A stretch of 64,000 nt of DNA. Origin: Phallusia mammillata. Its lineage: Eukaryota. The position numbers and the translations under genes are program-made. The stretch covers positions 16,616,001 through 16,680,000 of the forward strand of contig OZ281500.1 of NCBI GenBank assembly GCA_965637545.1, read 5' to 3'. The notes beneath the pieces are model-generated. The model searched no databases, was not told where the DNA came from, and worked only from the letters and a program-made list of their open reading frames with translations. Positions 12,258-25,900 of the stretch are shown here, piece by piece; the first letter of the stretch is position 1, and every line of letters starts with the position of its first letter.

Positions 12258-15200
12258 TTACCCTGCTGGCTTGTCTGTGCCTTGGTCCGTTGCTGCGCCA
12301 ACGCCATCGGGGGTTTCCCTACCTTGGTCACGGTCTATTGGTGGCAAGCGAAACGTGTCGCGACGCTGGTAACCGGCTCTTCTGTGCACAGGGCATGGAC
12401 TCGGCTGTGTTTCGGCAAGAGGGTAACCCAGGGCAGAGAGCTTGGCTTGCAATCGGGTGTCATTTACCAATTTAGTGGGATTTTCTCGTCGTTTCTGTTT
12501 CTTCGGTAGTCGGACAGGTTTTCGACCCAAAATGTCGCGCATCATCTGTAATACGTTGGTATGGTTTGTAAATATCAATATTCAACAAATCATTTGATCA
12601 CCACAGCGTGATTTAACAGGTGTTTTTGTTGCTGAAACGAAGTTTTTATTTAACGCATTTTGTGTTTGATTTTGTTTACGTGGACAACGATGTTAAACGT
12701 ATATACACCCTGTGATAGTGCAGCGCAAACATGGGCCTTCTTAACACAGCTGCGAACCTATACGTCGCAATCATGGTAAAACAAAAGAAACAGGAAAGGA
12801 CCAATGCTAAAACAACAGCTTGCAACAGCTGTAAAAATGGAAATTGAACGAAAAACGTGGCCCAGATAAGATTTTCACTTTAAAAACTCTTTAGACTTCG
12901 AGAAAAAAATTACATCGAAATGACGTTCCTTGTAAGTGGTAAACAATACCGAATGTTAATCGTATTATGACTGCCAACTATAAGCTACGCAACCATTGCA
13001 GGCAAACAATAGAAAACATCATTTACAGTTGCATTGCTCTACTCTTTTTGTGTTGACAATTTGTCGTTCAGCAACACGGTTGTCATTGTCACGATAACTG
13101 TATTTACCTTTTTCTTGTAATTTTTCCATCGGAGATTTGTCATCCATCTCTCAAACGAATCTTCCTCGGATAATAACCGCATGTTGGCAGTAAAGAGCAT
13201 CTCTCGCACCGACATAGTCTTTGTTGCATCCGTCACGGCACCAGCTTATTTCACAATTTTAGATGCCACATTTTACAGTTAAAGCAATGTACAAACACAT
13301 CATAAAAACACTCGACTTACAACATCTACGTTTTTGTGTTCGCAAACAAAGCAAATTTATTCAAATACTTACAGGTCCTTTCAAGTGCTACAATGGCATG
13401 TCTGGGTATTATGAGACACTCCACTTTGCTAGTTGTAACAACGTAAGTCGAGGTCAGATCCTCGCCAATGCCGAAATAGTCGCTACGTTCAAGGTGACCT
13501 GCGTTTAAGTGACTGTATTTTTCGCAAATGTAGACAAAAGTACTATTTGTACTTTGTCGGCACAAAATCATGATGCGCAATTCAAAGTGTATGACTGCAG
13601 CGAGGGTATATAATGCTACTCACTATGGCCCTCAGTGTATCAGTTCATTAGGACTCAAAAATTACTCTTTTAGAAACCAAATTTAACATTTCTGTCAAAT
13701 TTGGAACAAACATTTCTGTCAAATATATACTTGGTATGTTAAGATGAACATAAATTAATAATTGGGTTCAACCCTAAAGCGTTTATGCAGACCAGCAACC
13801 ACGGCACACTCATATGTGAATCATATTACGTCCGGCCCATTGAGGGCGTTATATCTAATCAGAAAGCATTCCCACATATATTTGGTCTATTTTAAGTCAC
13901 CCAGCCAATATGCCAATCAGAGTATGCCCTCGACCTGACGTACTATGATTTATAAATGAGTATGTTTGCATAAACGCTTCGGGGCTGAACCCAGTTATGA
14001 ATGTAAGTTATATTTATCTTTGCCAATATAGGTGTACGTATAATGTTTATGTTAGAATTATCAATTACACAAGTTAAAACATACAGTGAATAGTTTAGTT
14101 TACGTGAAAAATGCTCACCAATCACAAGTAGACGTTTGCTTAGCTGTTTGCTTCGGCTTTGAACCGACTTAAGAGCGTCACCTGGCGGAGGAAGCGACAA
14201 CATTGTTTGTCCTTTGCCGAGGTGAGACGTTGTTTCCATGATCGTTATTTTCTGCACGAAATTTACAAATTTAGGCTACTGATACTTGCTGTTACATAGA
14301 CACATAATTTACTCTGCAAACACTGATAAGTCGATATATACAAGTAAAGCAATAAACAATACCCATGCCATTCAAAAGGTATATTAAAACCACTTATGAA
14401 CGTCAAACTACATTTTTTTGACAAAAAAAAAACAGAAAACAGATTTAAGTCCCACCTTATTTTAAAAAACAAATTTACAATCGGAGGCATTTTATTCTAA
14501 ATGGGCGTTTCTCAACGCAATGTATTTATTTCTCCTTTCTTCATTTGATTGTATCTTGTCATTTCGATGAAATTAATTGTCTCACCCGCACAATCCTACA
14601 AGAACCCGACACAAGAAAGTGAAAATGTTCTGGTGTATGATTTGTGTCTCCCACAATTATTGTGTCCACTGGAAACTCAATGATCTTACAATTCACGTTG
14701 ATGTGTTTCAGATCAACTTCATTCCAATTTCTGCAAATAACTTACAAGTTCCCTGCATGCACCAAATAGCCGAAAATTTTCAATGATAAGCTTTACTAAA
14801 ATAACGTTTTAATACTAAACAAAATGCCGTTTTTTTCTATTTTTTTGGTGGGTTGAATAGCTTTTGATAAGTCGTACATTTTTTTTACTTACGAGAAAAA
14901 TGATAGAGATTTGAGAATGTTAAGTCGATCTTGCCATTCCTGTTCATAGCTTCGACGTAAAACCATGTCAAAATCGGGTTTGTCAACACGAAGAAACTGC
15001 GACGTGCCTAACAAATATTTATAAACCTGCAGACTGTTTGTTAACTGTTAGCAAGTGGAGAAGTTAATATTTTTAACCAGAAAAACGAAAAACAATTCCA
15101 AAATGTTTCAGGCATTTTGAAACAGAAGAATAGGTCACACAAACTTTTTGTTTCTACATTCCATTCATGGGTATACTAGGAACACTGTACATGGACTTAA

Positions 15201-17402
15201 AAAATAATTTAACTACGTAGTGTGCTTATGTATACACCACAAAGTTTAAAACAGATGTTTTAACAATCGCTGTTGGCATTATCTGCTGTGCATGAACCGG
15301 CAACTCAAGTTCTTTGCTTTTTGTCAAGATATTTAATACATACATCATTTCACACCGCGGTAAAACAAACGTTACCCTTGCAAACGATGGTAGCCGTCCT
15401 TTTGCAATCTTGAATCAGCGCAAGTTCACCAAACGACGATCCAGCAGGGACTTCCCCTACGACGTGACTCTTTTTCTCGCCGGTTCTCATATCGGTTTGA
15501 CTGACCTGAAAACAGTTTTGTTGTGGTCTTTAACATTAATCGTTGTAAAAAAAACGGACAAGCCCATTAGAAATTTAGAAATTACAGTTTGTTTACTTTA
15601 CACAAAACGTGGTCATTGGCATAGTATAACTTTGAAGTTTTGAAAGCTTAATCAAATGTTTCTATTATACACAAGGCTAACGACAACCTGGTAAAGGGAG
15701 CGTTTAATTAAACGAATTTTTGCCCATTTGTTACTCGAATTTTTTGTCACGTGGTTCTTGGAACACTTACTTAATCGTGTTATTGTTGGAAATAAACTTT
15801 TTAAAGATAACTATGCAATCTGATCATATTTCGATATTGATTTTAGGTGGGTTTTTTCAGCTTCTACTGTTTACATTTATTGAATACTAACCTGAACTAC
15901 GACACTTCCTGATACAATAAAGTACATAGAAAATCCAAAATGTCCTTCCTGTATGATCACCCGGCCATCCTCAAATGTTTCGAAGTGCATGACACGAGTC
16001 AGCTCCTTTCTTACCATGCTCGAATATTTGACGAAACACTGAAAACACTGGGTATGTCTTTTGTTTTTTCTATAAAAAACAGGTTCTGCTATTGTTTTTC
16101 CAACAATAACTGGCCCCAAAGTTTGAGAACAACTAGTCCAACGACTTACAAACAATTAAAAAAACGCTTTTTAAAGATTTTTAAAAGCTAAAAGATATAT
16201 ATATACAACTTTTGAACCATAACAACAGATGAAAAGTCACGAAATGTTTTTACCTTCATCTGTTGGACGACGGAATGAATAAGTTCAAGTTCGTCCTCAG
16301 TTCTTTCCCACGCATTTTTCATCAGAATAAACCTCGCGCGTTTTGATAATCCCGCATTTCCTGAACTTCCCGCTTTGAACGCGTTCACATTAAAATGAAG
16401 GGTGTCCTGGTCTTCGTACCTTTAAGCATACAATGACTTTGCGAAATTTCAGGCATGAGACTAACCACGAGCAGTAGTTTCTTCTGAACATACAGATTAC
16501 ATGTTTTTGTGACAAGTATCAAAAAAGCAAAATTTGTTTGAAAGGAAATACTGCTGAACATTCCAAATTACTATACAGCCGTCCAGCAACAAAGACCTAA
16601 TCATGTTGTCAAATACCTTGAAAATGTTCGTTATTTTCCTAATTCAGATGCACTTGGTTTACGAAACAATGAGTTACTTTCTTCTGGTTACTCTTTACCA
16701 TGTTTTGTTAAGATCTTCGGTGCTGTGTTCTTCCTTGACGTTTACCAGTGGTATTTGCCACCTTCTAGCTCTTATGATTGACCGCACTACGTTTTTGAAA
16801 CTCGGACGCTGATTTTGGTTTGTCCAACGAAGTAGGGGATTTCCTTGCTAAGACATATGGTTTTATAAATGTAAAAAAGTTTAGCATAATTCAAAGTTTT
16901 GAAATGGGAAACAACACCAACTTACAGGTTGTGGTTGTTCAATTTCCTCCTCATCGTCATTATTGTCCTTTGGTATATTACCGGCAGATGGCGCTGGAGT
17001 TCCACCTGTCAAATTAAGCAAATCAGTTTTGTGCATAAATCAAAACTTGGTACTGTGAACTAATCCAAAAACCTCAACTTTATGATTTGTTTTTGTTTAT
17101 ATTCAAAGATTAATTGCAAAAGTAAAATTTTGGTAAAAAATCTTTAATAAAACATTTACCCAGAGTTTGAATTGAGTAAAAATCTAAAAACCAAGTATAT
17201 TTTATTCCAACTGTCTTTTCCACTGACCAGCATTATGCAAATTTCTGTTGCCGAACACTAATTTTTCTTCCAAATCAGAATCCATTTTTGTCACGCCAGT
17301 AATATCTGGCAACACAAAGTCACAATGACCCAGTCTTGCCATGTGTCTTGGATCCTCATTTAGAATAAAATACTCTTCTTCATCTTCGTATTTAACCTTC
17401 AT
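12258..17402 (-). CDS. CNBD2: Cyclic nucleotide-binding domain protein, CNBD2-like, 12 coding exons, about 596 aa
   Basis: Exons (minus strand): 17402-17228, 17005-16926, 16847-16699, 16419-16254, 16038-15892, 15505-15376, 15007-14893, 14730-14586, 14251-14119, 13498-13373, 13244-13108, 12545-12258. All introns are GT-AG with matching phases; total 1791 nt, open. CNB-A: FEDGRVIIQEGHFGFSMYFIVSGSV...GSSFGELALIQDCKRTATIVC. CNB-B: FHFLVSGSCRIV...DYFGIGE. C-terminal WKNYKKK motif. The symbol is a family-level call; orthology is unverified. Confidence 0.85.
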
Positions 17403-17538
17403 TTTAACACAACCTATCACTTACTGTACGCAGCAATCTGATTGTCGCGTCACAGTTGGCTTTATGATCGAACAATGTAGACATTGTGACGACATTGAGC
17501 ATATAAAAGTTCACAAAAATTTACGATTTCCAAACGGA

Positions 17539-17550
17539 GCTGCTGGCAAC
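17539..17550. promoter_or_regulatory. Candidate X-box about 140 bp upstream of the CNBD2-like ATG
   Basis: GCTGCTGGCAAC, one mismatch from the X-box consensus, at a plausible promoter position. Confidence 0.3.
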
Positions 17551-18338
17551 AATGATACCACAAATTTTATTAGTCAATCCACCTTTATGTGTTGACAGCA
17601 ATTGTAGTCTCATGGCTGTGTACTGGTATGTGGATTATGGTTTTGGCTGCAATAGGTCTTGAGACAAATGTTGTTATTGTGCAACAATGGTGGGGTTACA
17701 AACACACGGCACTCCAGCAAAAGCAAATAAAAGTTCATCGCTTTTAGAATTGTCAGTCAAACATTTAGCCTATTACGGGGGTCGAATTTGAACTCAGTAG
17801 GAATATACAAACTTGTTCCTGGGTCCAATGATTTAACTTTGTTTACACACTGCAAGATATGCCACTAACAAACGTGAAAAAGTTAAATGTAAAAATCGTG
17901 GTTTTGCGACCTTTTTTATTACTACCCATGCCCAACACCAAATTTTGACAAACATGAATAGATTACTATCAAATAGTACATACAGGCATACGATATATTA
18001 TATGCCGTAACTTTGAGTCCACGATATAAAAATCTCAACAGTCACGTATCTACCATGTGTGACTTGTCATTTTTGTCTGTCGAAATCAGCAAAAACCGCA
18101 GAGGGTTATGGAAATAACATCAGATACGTAAATAATACCTCTTCTTGCTGGCGCCTATGCCACAAACGTGACTTGGTGCATTAAAATTTGAATTAGTCTC
18201 TACTTAAATTTTTTTGGAAAAGAAAATTGGAAAAGAAAAGGCCTACAGCTAAAAAAAAACTCTTTTTGGAAGCTTGTTCTTTCTTTTATCTTTTTTTTAC
18301 ATATTGTTACCATAATTTTAAATTTCAATTTTATTGTC

Positions 18339-21300
18339 TCAATAAAATGAATTATTGTAAGAAAACAGCTTTTCTTCGTACAAGTCTACATCATCGGGTT
18401 CCAAGCCGCTGTCACTCAAGCTGCCAATCAGCGAATCAGATGACTCCACGTCATCGGTGTCGCTCCACCTTCGTCCTGCACTAACCTCCGGTTGTGTATT
18501 TTTGCTTGAGTCTGCTTCAGGTTTCGATTTATGCTTATGACTGGATTTCTTTGACCTCCTGCATAATTCAAACAAACTACTCAACTGCAGCATAGCGAGT
18601 GGAGAATAAACTGCATAAAATCATGAATAGATACTTCAAAATAGTGCTGTAAACCTAGCAAAAAACGTAAATGACTACTATTCTGTTCATGCTCTAGCTA
18701 GGGCAATGCAATTTCAAACTTTGGTTTCTTTAGCAACGAAATGGGGAAAGCTACATATAAAACTCAAAGGTGAATATATATCACTAGAGGCTACGGGCTA
18801 CGCCTGAGTTGTTGCAAAACAAACTTGTGCTTTTTCTTCTTGTGTTTCTTTTTGTGATGTTGATGTTGATCACTTTCTTTTGTGTCAACATCGTCTTTCA
18901 GCAGTTGCTCTTCTTCATCATTGCTGTCAACATCTTTATTTTTGATCATTGACTTCTTTACTTCAACTTTTTTTACATTTTTTCTTCGTTTTCCCTTTTT
19001 TCGCATACACCTAAAAAAACGGGTTTAGCAAAACGTATTAATCACAAATATAAATTTAATTCATTTAAAATAAAAACTCAAGTAAGCATAAATGGCTTTA
19101 TACTTTCCTGTTTAATAAAGATCATTGTTCTGTACAGTTCATGATCATGATCTAAAAATCGCTCATTGTACTTTGCCCTATTTAATCAGAGCGTCAAAAA
19201 CAGATTTAGCCTTAACAATAGTTTTGTACAAAATCAAATAACATAACATAATACCAGCTACAGACACTACAAAATGTGATCAGGATTAATAGAAGACAAG
19301 CAACTGATCCAACAATGATTAAGATGGCCCCGGTTTCTGTTACACCCGCGGAGTCCCGGATGTACGTGATAATGCTATAAACTCCACCTGGGTTGAGAAT
19401 GTCTGTAAAAAAAAACTAGAATTTTAGAAACCAAAAACTACTAAATATAACTTCGTTGCAAGTAAACATATATGACCTGCACCGTTACGTACAAGTATTA
19501 GCAAGAAACTATGTTTAGAATTATTTAAAAATGCAATGTATATTCCTTGTTGCAAGCGATAAAATACTAAATGTTATTTGAACAAAGCTCGTAAATCCTG
19601 TATACTCAGGTGAGCTACTCCCATAGGCCGTTACAAAACTTTTCTAAATACCGATTGATCGGGTAAACTGTAAAGAGTACAGGTATTTATCTTAACCGTG
19701 AGACTGGAATTGGGCAAGAATTAAATGTAAGATTGGGGCCTTTATAAGTTGGGTTTATTTTTTAATGTAAAACCTTACCCATACCCTAATAGCCCTAACC
19801 GTCATGATTTGCTTTTAAATACTCAAAAATATTCACCTATCGGCATTTAGCAAACTTTATCTCTAGTGAGTTTATAAGTTAAAAGAAATATAGAATTTCC
19901 GTTATCACGAGGAAAAACACAATTAAAAATGTTTTGGTTTAAATTTACTTTTACAGTCACATCGCCACACATCGAAAAGCATCTCAAAATTGGGACCAAA
20001 TAGCAGGAGCCAGTTGTCCAATGCTTGACTCAACACAAAAAGCACTTACTACCATTGAGCACAGAAACCACGTGATTGATCAGCAACCAATGGGATAGGC
20101 CTTCCGATATAACGCATGAGTAAACACCAGACAGATCTCTGCTGCCCTGCGCAGTTGGTATGAGGAAAAGCCGACTTCTTATATACGTGGAAGTGTATTC
20201 GATACGGTGTCGAAAAAAGGGATGCCCCTTCAGCTAAACAATGAAAAAAACGTAAAAACTCAAATCAGTTTGCGAATTACGGGTAGGTGGCGCAAAGAGC
20301 ATTAACTAATATTTTTAAGCAAAGTTGTGTGAGTTAGCTGACGATTGGAGTTGGGGTGAGGTTTGATAATAGAAATGACATTAAAACTAACTTAGTTCTT
20401 AACCTTTAATTCAGTTCCTTATTCTTTACCCCTTCTGTCGGAATTTCGCTAACTTTTGTGGTTTAAGTCCCACGTTAATAGCACTAATTGCAATAAACGT
20501 GGTATAAAATGCATTTGTTCCTGCAGTAATATTCTATGGTTTCGTGTATTGTTTGGTGTAAAAATCCTAGCGATACTTTTTTAGAAACATTAAAACTAAA
20601 AAAAACTTTTTCCTAACCAGTAAAGAGAAAATCAAAACGCACGCTTCGATCTACAGTACACGAATGATCAACATTTCATTCCACATAAGTAATAGTTACA
20701 AAAATACATGTTCTTTGCTTTACTGTGCTACGTTTTTATACAAGTAAAAAACGTTACCTCTACGTCATCCTTGTACCACGTGATATTTGATGACTCCGTT
20801 ACGTCATAAGAGATCGGTACAAGGCAAAAAAGTTCACGAAACTCATCACGTTTAGCTGTACTTTTGTTCCCCAAAACATCTCTGTCGAAGCTGAAATCTC
20901 CTTCGCCCTTGTAGGTGGGTTTGAAGTACCAAGACTTCCACGTGACTGCATGGATACAAAATTTTGTTTTCAATTGTTGCACGAACCATTTTTACTTTTA
21001 CGCCTAAAATATGTAGGATTATGATGGTCCTTTGCCCGAAAATAATGGTTCCCTTGACTGAACATTCCTATCTGGCCCAAAGTTGAAAGATGTGTACGCA
21101 ACTGGTTGTTGTGGGGCATGAAACAGGCTCAAAAAATGTCAAAACGCACCATAAAATATGCGACCCGTAAGAACTTTCAGGTGACTAAAGTTTGAATCAC
21201 GACGTATAGTTTGGCAAAAAAACTAAAGCTAAAGAACAAGATTTAAATAGTACATTCATTTTTGTGTTTATGGTCTGTGATAACATAATAGCGCATATGA

Positions 21301-22631
21301 CACGAGGCATTAAACACGATTCAAATAAATAAAAAGTCCTAGGAAGACATCTAAACGATGATTTTTATTTGCTTATTGGACCCGAACAAAATAAAAGTTT
21401 TCATATTTTCTGGGGTTGGAAATTATAACCTGGATTGGTAAAGAATTTAGATGCTGGCATTCCCTTTAAGTTGAATGGAACCACGTGATCACCCAATTGC
21501 TCTACTTGATTCTGCTTTAAACTGAACACGTATCCATGGTAACCGTCAGCGTGGCGCTCTGTAGCGCCATCTTTCGCATGTTCAGCCCCTTCGAAGAGAT
21601 TCTAAACGGATGTGTGCTTTAGTAAATAGATAATTAGCAACATATTTTGGCTTTTTTCAGTGTTTTGAGTACTATTTACGTCTGTACGTTTTTCACGTAA
21701 AAAATATTGCCACAGCTAATTTAGAAAAGAATACAATACAAATTCGGTATTTTGTAAGATTGGCCAAATTACATGGTCTAAGTCTAATCGGTTCGACTTT
21801 AACTTGTGTAGTTCTCGTGGTTTATCAGACTTTGTACAGTTACCTTTTCCGCTCCACCGAGGAGAATAATAGGTTCAGGTTTATTTTCTTTTGTTATTAA
21901 ACCAAACTTTTCTTCCATTAGTTTGCCGTCGTTTGCCCGTAGCCTGACCGTGCCATCCCTGCCAGAATTATAATATGTTCAGTCTATGTAACAAATAATC
22001 CACAAAACTAGCGAATCGAGTTCCACATATATATATCTTATTTCATTAACAGGATGGTTTTATCCTACTGGCCGATTCAAAGAAAAAAGTACCCTGACGT
22101 TTTTCTAGCACACTAATACCACAAAAGTGTCACAAAAAGTTTGTTAAAAAGTTTCTTGATGACAATATGTTTCTAGCGTACATGCGTAAAATTCTGAAAA
22201 TAATATGTTAACAGTTATGTTTATAACTGTTAATTAGAAGTATAATCATCACCTGTATACCTTGGCTGATAAACATTGCTTACATCCAGTGGTCGGCAAC
22301 CGCCTGTCCGCGGTCCGGTGCCGGTTCGCGAGTAGTTCGTTACCGGACGGGTTGCCGACCCCTGACTAACATAATAATGCGGAAATACAGTACTAGTCAA
22401 GAAACTTCTCACTAACACAGGTGCTACCTTTCTCCTTTACATATCTAGTTTAGGTTTAGCCTTTAAATTTTAAAGTCCACCAAAAAACAAATACCTCAAG
22501 AGCTGTAGGAACAATCTGTTCCAACGACGCAATGTAACAGATGCGTCGCTGTAAATTGATTTCACCGTTCCCCCGGTGGTTAAAATGAATCGCAGCGTCG
22601 TTCCATTTTCGATGAGAAGTTTCATTTTCAT
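18339..22631 (-). pseudogene. 5'-truncated duplicate (copy 1) of the receptor gene, frame intact
   Basis: Exons 22631-22495, 21958-21844, 21601-21430, 20945-20758, 20233-20050, 19402-19255, 19010-18825, 18558-18339. The tail carries a 6-nt (QH) insertion relative to the other copies. Confidence 0.7.
22287..22364. mobile_element. 78-bp hAT-type mini-MITE (array copy 1)
   Basis: 15-bp TIRs CAGTGGTCGGCAACC / GGTTGCCGACCCCTG; TSD degenerate. Confidence 0.7.
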
Positions 22632-22990
22632 TTACATACAGGCATACGATATATTATATGCCGTAACTTTGAGTCCACGATATAAAAATCTCAACAGTCA
22701 CGTATCTACCATGTGTGACTTGTCATTTTTGTCTGTCGAAATCAGCAAAAACCGCAGAGGGTTATGGAAATAACATCAGATACGTAAATAATACCCCTTC
22801 TTGCTGGCGCCTATGCCACAAACGTGACTTGGTGCATTAAAATTTGAATTAGTCTCTACTTTCTAAAATTTAGAAAATTGGAAAAGAAAAGGCCTACAGC
22901 TAAAAAAAAAACTCTTTTTGGAAGCTTGTTCTTTCTTTTATCTTTTTTTTACATATTGTTACCATAATTTTAAATTTCAATTTTATTGTC

Positions 22991-25900
22991 TCAATAAAAT
23001 GAATTATTGTAAGAAAACAGCTTTTCTTCGTACAAGTCTACATCATCGGGTTCCAAGCCGCTGTCACTCAAGCTGCCAATCAGCGAATCAGATGACTCCA
23101 CGTCATCGGTGTCGCTCCACCTTCGTCCTGCACTAACCTCCGGTTGTGTATTTTTGCTTGAGTCTGCTTCAGGTTTCGATTTATGCTTATGACTGGATTT
23201 CTTTGACCTCCTGCATAATTCAAACAAACTACTCAACTGCAGCATAGCGAGTGGAGAATAAACTGCATAAAATCATGAATAGATACTTCAAAATAGTGCT
23301 GTAAACCTAGCAAAAAACGTAAATGACTACTATTCTGTTCATGCTCTAGCTAGGGCAATGCAATTTCAAACTTTGGTTTCTTTAGCAACGAAATGGGGAA
23401 AGCTACATATAAAACACAAAGGTGAATATATATCACTAGAGGCTACGGGCTACGCCTGAGTTGTTGCAAAACAAACTTGTGCTTTTTCTTCTTGTGTTTC
23501 TTTTTGTGATGTTGATCACTTTCTTTTGTGTCAACATCGTCTTTCAGCAGTTGCTCTTCTTCATCATTGCTGTCAACATCTTTATTTTTGATCATTGACT
23601 TCTTTACTTCAACTTTTTTTACATTTTTTCTTCGTTTTCCCTTTTTTCGCATACACCTAAAAAAAACGGGTTTAGCAAAACGTATTAATCACAAATATAA
23701 ATTTAATTCATTTAAAATAAAAACTCAAGTAAGCATAAATGGCTTTATACTTTCCTGTTTAATAAAGATCATTGTTCTGTACAGTTCATGATCATGATCT
23801 AAAAATCGCTCATTGTACTTTGCCCTATTTAATCAGAGCGTCAAAAACAGATTTAGCCTTAACAATAGTTTTGTACAAAATCAAATAACATAACATAATA
23901 CCAGCTACAGACACTACAAAATGTGATCAGGATTAATAGAAGACAAGCAACTGATCCAACAATGATTAAGATGGCCCCGGTTTCTGTTACACCCGCGGAG
24001 TCCCGGATGTACGTGATAATGCTATAAACTCCACCTGGGTTGAGAATGTCTGTAAAAAAAAACTAGAATTTTAGAAACCAAAAACTACTAAATATAACTT
24101 CGTTGCAAGTAAACATATATGACCTGCACCGTTACGTACAAGTATTAGCAAGAAACTATGTTTAGAATTATTTAAAAATGCAATGTATATTCCTTGTTGC
24201 AAGCGATAAAATACTAAATGTTATTTGAACAAAGCTCGTAAATCCTGTATACTCAGGTGAGCTACTCCCATAGGCCGTTACAAAACTTTTCTAAATACCG
24301 ATTGATCGGGTAAACTGTAAAGAGTACAGGTATTTATCTTAACCGTGAGACTGGAATTGGGCAAGAATTAAATGTAAGATTGGGGCCTTTATAAGTTGGG
24401 TTTATTTTTTAATGTAAAACCTTACCCATACCCTAATAGCCCTAACCGTCATGATTTGCTTTTAAATACTCAAAAATATTCACCTATCGGCATTTAGCAA
24501 ACTTTATCTCTAGTGAGTTTATAAGTTAAAAGAAATATAGAATTTCCGTTATCACGAGGAAAAACACAATTAAAAATGTTTTGGTTTAAATTTACTTTTA
24601 CAGTCACATCGCCACACATCGAAAAGCATCTCAAAATTGGGACCAAATAGCAGGAGCCAGTTGTCCAATGCTTGACTCAACACAAAAAGCACTTACTACC
24701 ATTGAGCACAGAAACCACGTGATTGATCAGCAACCAATGGGATAGGCCTTCCGATATAACGCATGAGTAAACACCAGACAGATCTCTGCTGCCCTGCGCA
24801 GTTGGTATGAGGAAAAGCCGACTTCTTATATACGTGGAAGTGTATTCGATACGGTGTCGAAAAAAGGGATGCCCCTTCAGCTAAACAATGAAAAAAACGT
24901 AAAAACTCAAATCAGTTTGCGAATTACGGGTAGGTGGCGCAAAGAGCATTAACTAATATTTTTAAGCAAAGTTGTGTGAGTTAGCTGACGATTGGAGTTG
25001 GGGTGAGGTTTGATAATAGAAATGACATTAAAACTAACTTAGTTCTTAACCTTTAATTCAGTTCCTTATTCTTTACCCCTTCTGTCGGAATTTCGCTAAC
25101 TTTTGTGGTTTAAGTCCCACGTTAATAGCACTAATTGCAATAAACGTGGTATAAAATGCATTTGTTCCTGCAGTAATATTCTATGGTTTCGTGTATTGTT
25201 TGGTGTAAAAATCCTAGCGATACTTTTTTAGAAACATTAAAACTAAAAAAAACTTTTTCCTAACCAGTAAAGAGAAAATCAAAACGCACGCTTCGATCTA
25301 CAGTACACGAATGATCAACATTTCATTCCACATAAGTAATAGTTACAAAAATACATGTTCTTTGCTTTACTGTGCTACGTTTTTATACAAGTAAAAAACG
25401 TTACCTCTACGTCATCCTTGTACCACGTGATATTTGATGACTCCGTTACGTCATAAGAGATCGGTACAAGGCAAAAAAGTTCACGAAACTCATCACGTTT
25501 AGCTGTACTTTTGTTCCCCAAAACATCTCTGTCGAAGCTGAAATCTCCTTCGCCCTTGTAGGTGGGTTTGAAGTACCAAGACTTCCACGTGACTGCATGG
25601 ATACAAAATTTTGTTTTCAATTGTTGCACGAACCATTTTTACTTTTACGCCTAAAATATGTAGGATTATGATGGTCCTTTGCCCGAAAATAATGGTTCCC
25701 TTGACTGAACATTCCTATCTGGCCCAAAGTTGAAAGATGTGTACGCAACTGGTTGTTGTGGGGCATGAAACAGGCTCAAAAAATGTCAAAACGCACCATA
25801 AAATATGCGACCCGTAAGAACTTTCAGGTGACTAAAGTTTGAATCACGACGTATAGTTTGGCAAAAAAACTAAAGCTAAAGAACAAGATTTAAATAGTAC

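Noticed and set aside
22230-22418. ORF MLVRSFL...GPRTGGCRPLDV and its copies
   Set aside because: Runs through the 78-bp MITE inside an intron; no homology and not needed for the gene model.
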